64,000 bases of DNA from Verrucomicrobiia bacterium (GCA_963664225.1 OY760937.1:3328001-3392000), one strand, 5' to 3'. Counted from the stretch's first letter, positions 30,244-41,620 are shown. The notes: generated by a model not told the origin, from the sequence alone. A program made the numbers and translations.

Positions 30244-30354
30244 GGCACACGACCGCGCATGCACTTCCATCAGGCTTGCAGGTATTTTAGAGGCGGATGG
30301 GAACGACGTCACGCTTTTTGCGTGGGTGGCTGCCAATTTGATGACCCAAATTCT

Positions 30355-31980
30355 CTATCGAATCCGCCGTATGGCGTTGATCGGGTGTTGATCAATCACA
30401 TTGGGGTAAATGCCCTGGATTTTTGTGTCGTCGTAATAATTGATGCCCTTGTAGAAAAACAGCGGCACAATCGGCAATTCATCGCGCACGAGCAAAGTCT
30501 CGGCTTTTTGGAGTAATTTTTCCCGGGCGTCCATATCGCTTTGCAGGCCCGCCTGGTCCAGCAATTGGTCGTAAGCATTGTTTTTCCAGCCGGTGCGGTT
30601 GTTACCGTTATCGCTCAGGAAAAGGTCCAGAAAGGTGTTCGGATCGTTATAATCGGCCACCCAACTGCTGCGGCACATATCATAATCGAGCGCGCTTTGG
30701 GCGGCGAGCAGGGCCTTCCATTCCACCTGGCGCAATTCCATGTGCAGACCCAGTTCGCGTTCCCACATCTGCTGCAGCTCGACGGCAATTTTCTGGTGCA
30801 TTTTCGCCGAACCGCCCGCCGCCGCGTTGAACATGTAGGTGAATAATGGAAAACCAACTCCTCCCGGGTATCCCGCCTCGGCCAGCAAACGCCGCGCCGC
30901 CTCGGGATCGCGACCCAGGCCTTCCGGGGGATGATAGTGCGGAATAATGGGCGGTGTGATTTGGGAAGCGGCCTTTTCTCCTGCGGCGGTGATTTTTTCC
31001 ACCAGTCGTTGCTTGTCGATGGCCATGGCGAGCGCCCGGCGAACACGGGGATCATCGAACGGCTTTTTGGTGACGTTGATTCTGAAAAAATAGACACCCA
31101 GGTAATCGAACGTATGAAAGTCGGGGCGGCGGAGCAGGTTGTCGAGCAATTCGGCGGGCGCGAGTTCCTTGTCCCAGACGATGTCCGCCGCACCGGTCAG
31201 GTAGAGGTCTAGAGCGGTGACCGCCGATCCCACGGGCAGTAGGTCCACGCAATTATTCTGGGTATTGGCGGCATCCCAGTAGAGCGGATTTTTCCGGAGA
31301 CGAATCTTGTCATTTACACGCCAGCTTTCGAGCAGATAAGGCCCGCTGACGGGCAAAGGCTTTGCCAGCAACCACCGGTCCTCAAAGGCCTCGATCGTCT
31401 GACGCGGCACCACGGCCATCGTCGGGCAGGCGCAAAGATCCAGAAAATAAGGGGTGGGACGGCGCAGTTCGACGCGTAAAACCTGTGGGCTCAGGGCGCG
31501 CGCCCCCACAAGGGCGGCGTTCGTAACGATGCCACGATTAAACTCAGACGCGTTCTTGATGGGGAACAACTGGCTCGCGTAGTCCCCGGCCGTATAGGGA
31601 TTCAACACGCGTACCCAGGAATAGACGACGTCGGACGCTGTGATGGGCGCGCCGGTGGACCAGGTCGCGTTGGTGCGCAGGAAGAAAGTGTAAACCGTGC
31701 CGTCGGGTGAAAGTTCCCAGCGTTCGGCCAGTCCCGGCACGGGCGCGCCGGTGCGCGGATCGTTGCGCGTCAATCCCTCGAAAAGCGCGCCTGTGGCGCG
31801 GAGGTCCGCCTGACCGGTAACGACGGCCGGATCCAGGGATTCGGGTTCCGCGCCGTTGAGAATCACCAGATCGGCCCGGGGTTCGCGCGGTTTGCAGGCC
31901 GGTTGAATGACCAGGAGCGCGAGGAGACAGGCCTGAAGCAGTACCGTGCATCCGCGGAAAAATGCGCGTTTGAAATCCAT
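30355..31980 (-). CDS. Oligopeptide ABC transporter substrate-binding protein (OppA-like)
   Basis: EPESLDP, LFEGL, GPYLL, KNPLYWD, DPRVRRAL, WVADYNDP. Confidence 0.9.
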   Translation of the reverse strand: MDFKRAFFRGCTVLLQACLLALLVIQPACKPREPRADLVILNGAEPESLDPAVVTGQADLRATGALFEGLTRNDPRTGAPVPGLAERWELSPDGTVYTFFLRTNATWSTGAPITASDVVYSWVRVLNPYTAGDYASQLFPIKNASEFNRGIVTNAALVGARALSPQVLRVELRRPTPYFLDLCACPTMAVVPRQTIEAFEDRWLLAKPLPVSGPYLLESWRVNDKIRLRKNPLYWDAANTQNNCVDLLPVGSAVTALDLYLTGAADIVWDKELAPAELLDNLLRRPDFHTFDYLGVYFFRINVTKKPFDDPRVRRALAMAIDKQRLVEKITAAGEKAASQITPPIIPHYHPPEGLGRDPEAARRLLAEAGYPGGVGFPLFTYMFNAAAGGSAKMHQKIAVELQQMWERELGLHMELRQVEWKALLAAQSALDYDMCRSSWVADYNDPNTFLDLFLSDNGNNRTGWKNNAYDQLLDQAGLQSDMDAREKLLQKAETLLVRDELPIVPLFFYKGINYYDDTKIQGIYPNVIDQHPINAIRRIR

Positions 31981-31995
31981 GAATACGGCGCGGAA

Positions 31996-32868
31996 TCAAG
32001 GCCGCCGGGCTTCGGAAGCGACATCCGCCAGATAGGCGCGATACTCGCACTGCGGCATCTTCCCCACCAACGCCTCAAACTGATCCAGGTTAATGAAACC
32101 CCGGTGGAATGCGGCCTCCTCGGGACAGCCCACCTTGACACCCTGCCGCTTTTCGATGGTTTGCACATAGGCCGAAGCCTCATGCAGGCTTGTGCTGGTG
32201 CCCGCATCCAGCCAGGCAAAACCACGGTTGAGCCGGGATACCCGCAGCGCTCCGCGCCGCATGTAGGCCACATTCACATCGGTGATTTCCAGTTCCCCAC
32301 GCGCCGAAGGCTTGAGCTCGCGCGTGATTCGCACCACGTCGTTGTCGAAGAGGTAGAGACCGGGCACGGCGTAATTGCTGCGGGGATGCGCCGGTTTTTC
32401 CTCAATGGAAATGGCGCGATTTTCCGCGTCGAACTCCACCACCCCGTAACGCTCCGGATCGTTCACATGATAGCCGAAAATGGTCGCGCCGGATTGAAAC
32501 TCGGCAAAGGCGCGTTGAAACGTATCGCCCCCGTAAAAAATATTATCCCCCAGGATCAAGGTCACCGGGTCGCTGCCAATGAAGGATTCGGCAATGAGAA
32601 ACGCCTGCGCGATCCCGGCCGGATGCGCCTGTTCCCGGTAGTCGAAAGAAAGTCCCCACGCGCTGCCATCCCCGAACAACTGGCGAAATCGGGGCAGATC
32701 CTGTGGTGTGGAAATAAGGCAGATTTCACGAATGCCGCCCTCAATGAGCGTGGTCAATGGATAATAGACCATTGGCTTGTCATAGACAGGCTGCAACTGT
32801 TTGCTGGCCACTTTGGTCAGCGGATAGAGGCGGGAACCGGCGCCACCCGCTAAAATGATGCCCTTCAT
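31996..32868 (-). CDS. rfbA: Glucose-1-phosphate thymidylyltransferase
   Basis: LAGGAGSRLYP, SKQL.PVYDKP, LGDN, RGELEITD, WLDAGT. Confidence 0.95.
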   Translation of the reverse strand: MKGIILAGGAGSRLYPLTKVASKQLQPVYDKPMVYYPLTTLIEGGIREICLISTPQDLPRFRQLFGDGSAWGLSFDYREQAHPAGIAQAFLIAESFIGSDPVTLILGDNIFYGGDTFQRAFAEFQSGATIFGYHVNDPERYGVVEFDAENRAISIEEKPAHPRSNYAVPGLYLFDNDVVRITRELKPSARGELEITDVNVAYMRRGALRVSRLNRGFAWLDAGTSTSLHEASAYVQTIEKRQGVKVGCPEEAAFHRGFINLDQFEALVGKMPQCEYRAYLADVASEARRP

Positions 32869-32924
32869 GAGGCTCTAGTATAACCAGCACGCCCCAATAT
32901 GCAAAGAATTGTTCGGTGGCGTTC

Positions 32925-34736
32925 CTAACCGTGAATGACCAACTGGATGGTGTCCGGCAGGTTGCGGGCGACCTGACTGACGACATTGCCCTTCAAAATT
33001 GTGGCGAGCGTGTGTCGGTGGGCCGCGCCCAGAATGAGCATGTCCACGCCCAGCGTGGCGGAAAGATCGAGAATGGTGGCGGCGGGATCCTCACTCAGCA
33101 TGTAGAGCGGCACCACAGGCACCTCGTATTGCCGTCCCAATTCCAGCATGCCATACATGATTTGAGAGGCTTGCGGGTTGTTTTGCCACTTGGGAGCTTC
33201 CGCCATTTCGATCGGGGCAGGCAGGGCTACGGCTAATTCGCGAACATACAGCACGTAAAGTGTGGCCTGGCGCAGCTTGGCTTCCTCGAGCGCAAATTTT
33301 AATACCGGCGTGATGCCGCGCGCCGCGACCAGAATCGTCGCGTTCTGGTCGAGATTGATTTTTATATTGGTGAAGGCCTCGGCCGAAACCGCCGCTGCCA
33401 TCTCTTTGGTGACGGTGAGGGTTTGCAGACCCGCCCGGTTTTGCGCGTAGGCGCGCAATGCCAAACCCGTCCCCAAAATGCAGATGGCAAAAAACAGGGC
33501 GTCGGGCTTGGTCTTGGCGATTGTTAATTCCACGGTGAACAGCACGATGAACGTGGCGGTCATGACCACACGTTCCCAGAGAGCCAGCGGCAGTTTCTTA
33601 TTAAAACTGCAACTGCCCAGGTTGACCGTGATCGCGCCAACCACGCCGATGGCGTAGAGGTTGGCCAGGGACTGCATGTTGTTTGAGAAGAAGACCACGA
33701 TTACCGGCAGCGAGGTGGCGATGATCATGGGCCAGCGCGGAACGCCGTGGCGATTGAGTTTCGTGAAGACCTTGGGCATTTCACCGTCCCGCGCCATGAT
33801 GTAGATCAAACCAATCAGAGCCACACCGGCGGTGTTCACCGCCCCCATCAGGAGCATGCCTACGACCAGGCCCACCACTATTCCGAAAACATGACTGAAG
33901 TGGACGCCAAAGGCCAGGTTTCCATATTGTTCGGCCAGGTAGCGCAGCATGTCTTCGCACCGGTCCTTGGGAATGTCCGGAGCGCCCGGCAAGGAAAGCA
34001 TGGCCCAGCCCAGCAGCGCCGTGCCCAGCACGACTTCGATGCCCACCGGCAGAATGGATTTGGTCGCCTCGCGCACCACCTGGGGTTTGTCGTTGGAGCT
34101 GCCTGGATCCAGCTTGAGCACGCCGGTCAAGTTGGCAATGGTTTCCACGCCGCTGAGCGCCAGGATCACGCCCACAAAGGAAACCCATGTCTTGCCAAAC
34201 CCCGCGTGAGACGTCTGCAAATTGGTCAGGGACAAATGCGGGATGCTTAACGCAATGATCGCCATCACCACCAACACCATGGGGAACGCAAGAGTGACCG
34301 CCAGAGTCCCGCTATGTTTGGGACCGAAGGCATTCAGGAACCCGAAAACCATGATCAGGCCGATCGCTCCCCAACCCACATACGCCTGGGGAACGCCAAA
34401 GTAACTCATGGCCGACCAGGCGCTTATGGCGGACGTCACTGTCAGGTCCGCCACCAGCAGCAATGCGCCTGTGACCGCCAACAACCGGCTCTGGGTGCGC
34501 GCCGCCGAGTAAACGCCACCACCTTCCGGGAAGTGTTTGCACACTATGACATAGTTCCAGCAAACCAGGGCGGTCAGCAGGCAGACGGCAAGGATTATTG
34601 GAAAAGACGCATAACCAGCCGCAAGGAATGCCAGGCCGATGACATAGGCCTTGCTCGTTCCCAAATCCCCGTAGATTAAGGCCGCCGCCCTCTTCCAATC
34701 CACATTACGCGGCCGGTGCAGGGTTATGCTGTCCAT
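32925..34736 (-). CDS. APC-family transporter fused to C-terminal universal stress protein domain (KimA-like)
   Basis: Multiple TM helices, YGDLGTS, LSGVETIAN; C-terminal USP-like ILGA...GNVVSQV. Confidence 0.82.
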   Translation of the reverse strand: MDSITLHRPRNVDWKRAAALIYGDLGTSKAYVIGLAFLAAGYASFPIILAVCLLTALVCWNYVIVCKHFPEGGGVYSAARTQSRLLAVTGALLLVADLTVTSAISAWSAMSYFGVPQAYVGWGAIGLIMVFGFLNAFGPKHSGTLAVTLAFPMVLVVMAIIALSIPHLSLTNLQTSHAGFGKTWVSFVGVILALSGVETIANLTGVLKLDPGSSNDKPQVVREATKSILPVGIEVVLGTALLGWAMLSLPGAPDIPKDRCEDMLRYLAEQYGNLAFGVHFSHVFGIVVGLVVGMLLMGAVNTAGVALIGLIYIMARDGEMPKVFTKLNRHGVPRWPMIIATSLPVIVVFFSNNMQSLANLYAIGVVGAITVNLGSCSFNKKLPLALWERVVMTATFIVLFTVELTIAKTKPDALFFAICILGTGLALRAYAQNRAGLQTLTVTKEMAAAVSAEAFTNIKINLDQNATILVAARGITPVLKFALEEAKLRQATLYVLYVRELAVALPAPIEMAEAPKWQNNPQASQIMYGMLELGRQYEVPVVPLYMLSEDPAATILDLSATLGVDMLILGAAHRHTLATILKGNVVSQVARNLPDTIQLVIHG

Positions 34737-34744
34737 TATATGTT

Positions 34745-34770
34745 AAAAAAAAACACCGGCTCAGCCGGTG
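34745..34770 (-). terminator. Intrinsic terminator-like hairpin in the 5' leader of the APC-USP gene
   Basis: CACCGGC-tga-GCCGGTG-T9 ending 8 nt upstream of the ATG. Confidence 0.65.
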
Positions 34771-34822
34771 GAAATCCAAAAATTGCTCAAGCCTGTAGGC
34801 AAGCTCTGCAATATAAATTCGG

Positions 34823-34851
34823 AATATGCCCGAAAACCTGCCTTCGGTCAA
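34823..34851 (-). promoter_or_regulatory. sigma70 promoter of the APC-USP gene
   Basis: TTGACC-N17-CATATT. Confidence 0.6.
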
Positions 34852-35136
34852 TTCCATTCCAAAAGCCCGGATTGGCGAATGGACAACCCATTGCGCCATA
34901 ATGGCGCACATCCCTACAAACAAGAACCTGTCAGCGTTGGACATTTGCCGGGCTCACATTCACATGTTGCCAACGTGGCATTTGCGGAGCAGCATGGTTT
35001 CGTCGTTAAAATTGTTGCTGTCATGGCCCAGTCAAGCCATGCAACAAGTCAAGCCCATGTTATCAATCTGTGAAGTGCTTTGGACGGAGTTGGTGAGGAC
35101 TTCTTCAATGAAGTCGATGATTAACCCATAACAAAC

Positions 35137-35724
35137 ATGAAAGACAAACAGTTTGCATTCATGCAGCGGATTTCCATTGCGAGTTGTTTGTTTGTACTGG
35201 TGTCTGCCCTGGTTAGTTTTTCGGTGCACAAATTCAACTTGTTCACGGCCGGAATTGTTGAGTTTGGCCTGCTATGTTCGGTTTTTGTTTTTATTGCCAG
35301 CGTGTTATTCATTTTTACCTGCCGAATGCATCGAACGATATATTGTGCGTTGGCTGCTGGATTTGGGATTCTCCTTTGCCTGTTGCTGTTTGGATTCAAT
35401 GGACGGAGCGTGTTGTTGGAATTACATCAGTATCGAAGAGATAGATGGTTCCTGGAGTTCGGGAAACCAATTTTCGAGAAATACGTATCACAAAACATAA
35501 AATCCCTTGGACAAACGTATGAAGAACTCCAGTCGGATATTTCTGACGTTAGAATCATGGGGAAAAGAAATGAAGATGGCTCGGTGGATTTGGAATTTGT
35601 TTTGGTGGGAGGAGTCCCGCGCCAAGCCTACTTATACCACACCGGAGATCCATCTGGAAAGTTCTCAAGACAGTATAAAACAGCAAAAATGGTCACCAAT
35701 GATTGGTATGATGTATCGTTTTAA
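35137..35724 (+). CDS. Hypothetical membrane protein in an AT-rich insert
   Basis: 195-aa ORF with three N-terminal hydrophobic segments; visibly AT-richer than its flanks. Confidence 0.6.
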   Translation: MKDKQFAFMQRISIASCLFVLVSALVSFSVHKFNLFTAGIVEFGLLCSVFVFIASVLFIFTCRMHRTIYCALAAGFGILLCLLLFGFNGRSVLLELHQYRRDRWFLEFGKPIFEKYVSQNIKSLGQTYEELQSDISDVRIMGKRNEDGSVDLEFVLVGGVPRQAYLYHTGDPSGKFSRQYKTAKMVTNDWYDVSF

Positions 35725-35852
35725 GAGGTGAAAATTAAGAGGCAATAGAAAACCCTAACCTGACTTTGGGCGACACCGCAGGATCACAAACGAAAAACAT
35801 TCACATTCTGGAGGACCGCCAGCGCCAGCGTTTCAATTACGGGGGACCAAGA

Positions 35853-37733
35853 TCAAATCAAACCCCGCTTTTTCAGCAGCGCTTCCATCGCCTTGTCCAT
35901 CATCAGATCGGCCAGGCGTTTGGTGACTTCGTCCAGCGCGGCGCTGGCGGCCTTGAGACGTGGAATGTCGCCGATCTTCGTCATTGAATTCTCCGTGGCC
36001 AGGGCGTATTCGAGAATCTGCATGGCCGTTTCGACCTGTTGACGATATGTGGCGTCGAGTTCGGCGGAGCATTCGGCCAGTCCTTTGCGGGTGGCCACGA
36101 GCACTTCTCCGGCGCGCACTTTGGTCTCGATCCACTGGCGCGCCTTCAGATCGTCAAAGGCGTTTTCCAGCGATTCCTCGACCATCTTCTGCACGTCCGC
36201 GTCATTGACATCGACGGCCGATTTCATGGTCACCACCATCTGGTGGCCGGTTTTGATGTCCCGTGCCAACACATGCAGAATGCCGTCGGCGTCGATCTCA
36301 AACTGCACGCCCACCCGCGGCACGCCTTTGGGCGCGCGTTCGAAATCCAGCGTGAATCGTCCGAGGCTCCAGTTATCCGCCGCCCGTTCGCGTTCCCCCT
36401 GCAGCACATGAACCAGAACGTTGGGCTGGTTGTCGATTGCCGTGGTGAACACCTCACCCGCCTTGGTGGGAATGGTGCTGTTGCGCGGAATGATGACATT
36501 CATCAGGCCGCCAAAAACTTCGATGCCCAGCGACAGCGGCGTGACATCGAGCAACAGCACATTCTTGAAACCGCCTGACAAAATCTCCGCCTGTATCGCC
36601 GCCCCTAACGCCACCGCTTCATCCGGATTTTGCGAGGTGTTGAGCACTGGACCTTTTTTGCTGCCAGTTGCATCATCGCTGGCGCAACTAAAAATCTCGG
36701 CCACCATCCGGCGCACCAGCGGCATGCGCGTCTGGCCTCCAACCAAAATGACCTGACCCAGATCCGAGGATTCCACATGCGCATCGGCCATCGACCGCAG
36801 GCAATGTGCCCGGGTGCACGCCACGATGTCCCGGGTGATTTCTTCCAATGTGGCGCGTGTCAGCGGAACGCTGAAGCTGAAATCAGGCGTCAGGAAGGGC
36901 ATGGCCACATCGACGGTTTCGACCGTGGACAGCATGATTTTGGACTGCTCAGCCACTTCGCGAACCCGTGCCAGCAATGGCGGCGCGATTGTGGGATCAG
37001 GTCCTCCGGCGGCCTTGATTTTCTCGACGATCCACGCCACCAGGCGACGGTCCAGATCGTCTCCGCCCAACTGGGTGTCCCCGTGCGTGGAGAGAACTTG
37101 GAACACGCCCTCGCGCAATTCGAGTATGGAGAGATCGAACGTGCCGCCGCCCAGGTCATAGACCGCGACCTTTGTGCTTTCCTTGAGCCGTTCCAAACCG
37201 TAAGCCAGCGCGGCCGCGGTGGGCTCGTTCAGAATGCGTTCCACGGTGAACCCGGCCAGTTCACCGGCCTTCTTGGTGGCGTTGCGCTGGGCATCGTTGA
37301 AATACGCGGGAACGGTGATGACCGCGCGGGTCACCGGTTCGCCGAAATGCGCCTCAGCAGTAAGCTTGAGTTCCTTGAGAATTTCCGCGGAAACATCTTC
37401 CGGCGTCAGCGTGCGTCCCGGGATATTCACCGTGACCGGTCCGCCGCCATTGCCCTGCACCGGGTAGGACACCTGCATTTCCTCCCGGGACACTTCCGCG
37501 CCGCGACGGCCCATGAACCGTTTGATCGAATAAGCCGTGCGTTCCGGTTCGAGCACGCGCAGTCGCGTGGCTTTTTTACCGGTGATCGTTGGAGCGTCAC
37601 CGTTGGGATAATGCACCACAGAAGGCGTGAGCCGCACTCCGTCGGTGTCCGCTATGACAAACGGAATCCCCGAATCCACAGTGGCCACCAGCGAATTGGT
37701 GGTGCCCAAATCGATGCCAACGATCCGGCTCAT
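35853..37733 (-). CDS. Hsp70-family chaperone (DnaK/HscA-like)
   Basis: [50 protein letters not shown] overlap with argS. Confidence 0.92.
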   Translation of the reverse strand: MSRIVGIDLGTTNSLVATVDSGIPFVIADTDGVRLTPSVVHYPNGDAPTITGKKATRLRVLEPERTAYSIKRFMGRRGAEVSREEMQVSYPVQGNGGGPVTVNIPGRTLTPEDVSAEILKELKLTAEAHFGEPVTRAVITVPAYFNDAQRNATKKAGELAGFTVERILNEPTAAALAYGLERLKESTKVAVYDLGGGTFDLSILELREGVFQVLSTHGDTQLGGDDLDRRLVAWIVEKIKAAGGPDPTIAPPLLARVREVAEQSKIMLSTVETVDVAMPFLTPDFSFSVPLTRATLEEITRDIVACTRAHCLRSMADAHVESSDLGQVILVGGQTRMPLVRRMVAEIFSCASDDATGSKKGPVLNTSQNPDEAVALGAAIQAEILSGGFKNVLLLDVTPLSLGIEVFGGLMNVIIPRNSTIPTKAGEVFTTAIDNQPNVLVHVLQGERERAADNWSLGRFTLDFERAPKGVPRVGVQFEIDADGILHVLARDIKTGHQMVVTMKSAVDVNDADVQKMVEESLENAFDDLKARQWIETKVRAGEVLVATRKGLAECSAELDATYRQQVETAMQILEYALATENSMTKIGDIPRLKAASAALDEVTKRLADLMMDKAMEALLKKRGLI

Positions 37734-39457
37734 TACATTTTCTCGGTGGTTTCGATGCCCAGGACCTCCAGCCCTTGCCGGAGCACCTGCGCCGTCAGCA
37801 TGCACAACGCCAGCCGGGTTTCGCGCTCCACCCCTTCAGCAGCCTTGAGCACCGGGCAGTTTTCATAGAACCCGGTGAAATATCCCGCCAGTTCATACAG
37901 ATAATTGCACAGGTAGTTCGGACGGCAATCGTCCACCACCGCCTGGAGCACCAGTCCGAAATTGAGCATGTGCCGCGCGAGCGCGATCTCTTGCGGGGCC
38001 ACCAGCGCGAGCTTGCCGCCGGACGGAGTCTGGCCTGCTTCCTGGGCCTTGCGGAAAATTCCCCGGATGCGCGTATAGGCGTAGAGCAGGTAAGGGGCGG
38101 TGTTTCCGTTGAACGCCAGCATTTTGTCCCAGCTAAAAACGTAATCGCTCTGCCGGTTGGGCAGCATGTCCGCGTATTTCACCGCGCCCAGTCCCACGAT
38201 CCGTGCGATTTCTTTGCGCTCCTCCTCGCTGGCTGTGGGATTCTTTTCCGACACCACGCGGAACGCCCGTTCTTCGGCCTCATCGAGCAGTTCGGCCAGT
38301 TTGACCGTCTCCCCGGAGCGCGTTTTGAACGGCTTGCCATCCTCGCCCAGGATCGATCCGAACCACACATGGGTCAGTTTGACCTTCGCGTCGGGCATCC
38401 AGCGCCGGAACGTGGTGAAGATCTCCTTGAAATGTTGCTGCTGACGGCCGTCGGTCACATAGACGATTTCATCCGGCGACCAGGTGGCCATGCGGTATTC
38501 GAGTGTGGCCAGGTCGGTCGTGGTGTAGGTGGCCGCGCCGTCACTCTTTTGGATCACCGCCGGGTGTTCCTTGAGTTCCGGAACATCGTCGAAGAAAACC
38601 TTGATCGCCCCGTCGCTCTCCTTCGCCAAACCGGCCGCAACAAGCTTTTGAACCACTTCGGGGAGTCGCGGATTGTAGAAGCTCTCGCCCAGCGTGTGGT
38701 CGAATTTGACGCCCAGCCGTTTGTAAATCGTGTCGAATTGAACCTCGGAGAGTGCGATCATTTCACGCCAGATCGCCAGGTTCTCCGCGTCTCCGGCCTG
38801 GAGTTTCGCCAGTTCCAGCCGCGCCTGTTCGTAGAGCGCCTCATCCGCATCACAGGCCGCGTTGATGCTTTTATAGATCCGCTCCATCTCGCTGATCGGA
38901 TCCCGCTGCAGCGCCTCGCGATTCACCTCACGCTTCCATCCCAGCAACAGTTTTCCAAAGGCTGTGCCCCAATCTCCAATATGGTTGTCCGTGATCGCGT
39001 GGTGGCCGAGCAACCGTTGGGCTCGCGCCAGGCATTCGCCCAGAATGGTTGAGCGGATATGTCCCACGTGCATCGGCTTGGCCACATTGGGGGAGCTGAA
39101 ATCCAGCACGACCGTGCGCGGCGACACCGCTTTCATCAGGAACAGCGGACCGCCCGCCATCGCCTCCTGCAACTCGGCGGCCATGGCAGCGCTTTTCACG
39201 CGAAAATTCAGAAATCCCGGTCCGGCCACATCCACCTTGTCGCACAAATCCGTGACATCGAGTTTTTCGAGCACGCTTGTGGCCAATTGGCGGGGGTTCA
39301 TCTTGCGCTCTTTGGCCAGGCCCATCAGGGCGTTGGCCTGGTAATCGCCAAACTTGGCCTCGGGGCAGGGGCGGACCAGCACACTGTCCACGGACGCATC
39401 GGGCAGAACGGCTGTGACGGCCACCCTTAAACGTTGTTCAATAGTGTTGTAGATCAC
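37733..39457 (-). CDS. argS: Arginine--tRNA ligase
   Basis: [32 protein letters not shown]. Confidence 0.96.
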   Translation of the reverse strand: MIYNTIEQRLRVAVTAVLPDASVDSVLVRPCPEAKFGDYQANALMGLAKERKMNPRQLATSVLEKLDVTDLCDKVDVAGPGFLNFRVKSAAMAAELQEAMAGGPLFLMKAVSPRTVVLDFSSPNVAKPMHVGHIRSTILGECLARAQRLLGHHAITDNHIGDWGTAFGKLLLGWKREVNREALQRDPISEMERIYKSINAACDADEALYEQARLELAKLQAGDAENLAIWREMIALSEVQFDTIYKRLGVKFDHTLGESFYNPRLPEVVQKLVAAGLAKESDGAIKVFFDDVPELKEHPAVIQKSDGAATYTTTDLATLEYRMATWSPDEIVYVTDGRQQQHFKEIFTTFRRWMPDAKVKLTHVWFGSILGEDGKPFKTRSGETVKLAELLDEAEERAFRVVSEKNPTASEEERKEIARIVGLGAVKYADMLPNRQSDYVFSWDKMLAFNGNTAPYLLYAYTRIRGIFRKAQEAGQTPSGGKLALVAPQEIALARHMLNFGLVLQAVVDDCRPNYLCNYLYELAGYFTGFYENCPVLKAAEGVERETRLALCMLTAQVLRQGLEVLGIETTEKM

Positions 39458-39551
39458 AGAATTGTATGAAATTTAGTAGCAGAAGAATTAATTACACCAA
39501 CGTGAACTCTTTGCGGGGCTCGTAATCCGCGTGCCTCCGGAAACACCGCCT

Positions 39552-40019
39552 TCATTTCTTCGCGGAATGCGACTGGATGGCACCAAACATCGTCGCCGCA
39601 TCCGGTCCGTTCTCGAGGATTTGTCGGAAATCTTTATTATGCAGAAGTTTGGCGATATTGGCCAGGGTGTGAAGATGCTTCTGAAACTGACCTTGAGGAA
39701 CCAGAAAAAGCATGACCAGGTTGACGGGTTGGTTGTCCAGCGCGTCGAAATTCACCCCTTTGGTCGAGCGGCCCAGGGATCCGACGACGTCCCCGATCAA
39801 ATCCGTGGAGGCATGCGGAATGCCGATCCCAAAACCGATGCCGGTGCTCATCGACTGTTCCCGTTTTTTGACCACAGTGGCAATGGCCTCCCGATTCTCG
39901 GGCTTGATCTTTCCGCACGCCACGAGATTGTTCACCAGTTCATCAATGGCTTCCCACCGGTTGTTGGCCTGCAGGTCCGTAATGATCTGTTCTTTACTGA
40001 GAATGTCCGCGAGCGTCAT
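39552..40019 (-). CDS. PTS EIIA (Ntr/fructose type)
   Basis: REQSMSTGIGFGIGIPH, FDALDNQPV. Confidence 0.9.
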   Translation of the reverse strand: MTLADILSKEQIITDLQANNRWEAIDELVNNLVACGKIKPENREAIATVVKKREQSMSTGIGFGIGIPHASTDLIGDVVGSLGRSTKGVNFDALDNQPVNLVMLFLVPQGQFQKHLHTLANIAKLLHNKDFRQILENGPDAATMFGAIQSHSAKK

Positions 40020-40076
40020 ACCAGATACCGAATTTAAACATATCGCCTGAAAGCAAAAAGGTTTTCAAGCGCGAAT

Positions 40077-40781
40077 TCATTTTATCGACAAAATATGGCG
40101 CCAGACTCCCCATGTCGTGCTCCAAACCCAGCCCAAGGCCACAGTCACTGGCACCCTCTCCGTCAACCAGGCCAGTCCCAGTATTCCTATCGACACATTT
40201 CCCAAATAGATAATGACCGCTGAGAAAAAATATCCGTGCTCGGCCAGATCGGACTGCGGTCCACACAATATGGAGAAAGTCAACGTGACATGAAACGCAA
40301 AGGTCGCCCCCAAAAGCAGGTGCAAGCCCACCTGATACGGATGCAAATTCCACCCCAGCGAGGCCAGTTCCCAGCCTGCCGCTGCCATCATGGTGTAAAA
40401 CGGAAAAAAATAGGGGGCCAGTGCGATCAGGAAATTCGTCTTTGTGATGACCACCTGTCCTCCTTTGGAGGTCGCCTTGAATCGCTTGACCCTTCCTCCA
40501 AACAACCAGGTCCACAGGACATGCGTTAATTCATGACCCATCACGTAAATCCACATTGGCCGCGGCAACATGAGAAATACCACCAGCCAGCAGGCCGCGC
40601 CGGATAAGAATCCAACCCAGAACAAATCGTTATCCACGCCCGCGCTCACGACCCTGGCCAGCGCGATGGAAATTCCCCAGCACAACGGGAGCAACGCCAG
40701 GGCGATTCCCATTTTAACGCCCTTGAGCAACCAGCCTTTGGGCATCAGGCCAACACCTTTCTTGATCCCGAGCGGGTGCAT
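40077..40781 (-). CDS. Membrane protein with HExxH motif (M50-like zinc metallopeptidase)
   Basis: HELTH next to TM helices, LAPYFFP, QSD. Start codon uncertain. Confidence 0.7.
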   Translation of the reverse strand: MHPLGIKKGVGLMPKGWLLKGVKMGIALALLPLCWGISIALARVVSAGVDNDLFWVGFLSGAACWLVVFLMLPRPMWIYVMGHELTHVLWTWLFGGRVKRFKATSKGGQVVITKTNFLIALAPYFFPFYTMMAAAGWELASLGWNLHPYQVGLHLLLGATFAFHVTLTFSILCGPQSDLAEHGYFFSAVIIYLGNVSIGILGLAWLTERVPVTVALGWVWSTTWGVWRHILSIK

Positions 40782-40819
40782 TCGCTCAAGTGCCGCGCTG
40801 GACAATTAAATAAAACCAT

Positions 40820-40855
40820 AAAAAAACCTGTCTCCCTTTGCGGGGAAACAGGTTT
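40820..40855 (-). terminator. Intrinsic terminator after 40879..41502
   Basis: AAACCTGTTTCCCC-gcaa-AGGGAGACAGG followed by T7. Confidence 0.75.
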
Positions 40856-40878
40856 GCAAAATAAAACGGCAGTCTGAA

Positions 40879-41502
40879 TTAGTGACCGCTCGGGGAAGAA
40901 TACCGCGCCGGGTCATAACCAGGCTGAACCAAAGAGGACGGCGTGGAGGCCGGAGGAATCACCGGGGTGTATTGGATGCCGCGGATCGGGCCGGGCTTGA
41001 TGGTCACCGTGCCGCCTGTGCTGACTGCACCGCTATTTCCGCTGGAGCGGGTGCGGGGAGCCGAGGCGATCTGCGTTGCCGCGCTGGGAACAGCCGTGCT
41101 CACAGATTGCGTGATCTTCTCGCTGTATTCGGGAGCGGCGGCGGAGGCGGCCGTGGCGATCGAGCTGGCGCGACCATTGAGCATCGCAGCCGCAGCGGCG
41201 GAAACAGCCGGAGAGGTCTCAGGAGCCGCAGCGCTGATCGCGGAAACCACTGAGGAAGCCACATTGGCATTCTTTGCAATTGCGGCGCGGGTTAACGCGA
41301 CGGCCATCGCTTCGCGATCTGCGGTGGGGGTTTGTTTCACCAATTTTGCAGCCTTGGCTGCCATTTCTGTGGCCGGAACCTTGCTATAGGCCTTTTTCAC
41401 CGATGCCAACTGGACATCGCTGAGGGCGTAAGCGGAACTGGCGGCAACCGTTAACAACGCGGCGAAAACAACCGTGGCTTTGATCATAGTTTTCATTTTC
41501 AT
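40879..41502 (-). CDS. Secreted Ala-rich hypothetical protein
   Basis: Signal peptide ending AYA; helical Ala-rich repeats; own terminator. Confidence 0.75.
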   Translation of the reverse strand: MKMKTMIKATVVFAALLTVAASSAYALSDVQLASVKKAYSKVPATEMAAKAAKLVKQTPTADREAMAVALTRAAIAKNANVASSVVSAISAAAPETSPAVSAAAAAMLNGRASSIATAASAAAPEYSEKITQSVSTAVPSAATQIASAPRTRSSGNSGAVSTGGTVTIKPGPIRGIQYTPVIPPASTPSSLVQPGYDPARYSSPSGH

Positions 41503-41620
41503 AAAGAACTCTCTTATCCAATAGAACCCGTTTATATATTCTGATGTGTAATCTACCTTGATTCAATACTTCGAGTCAAACCCAAAATTAAACTTTGTGC
41601 AAATTTAATAAATTCATTGC

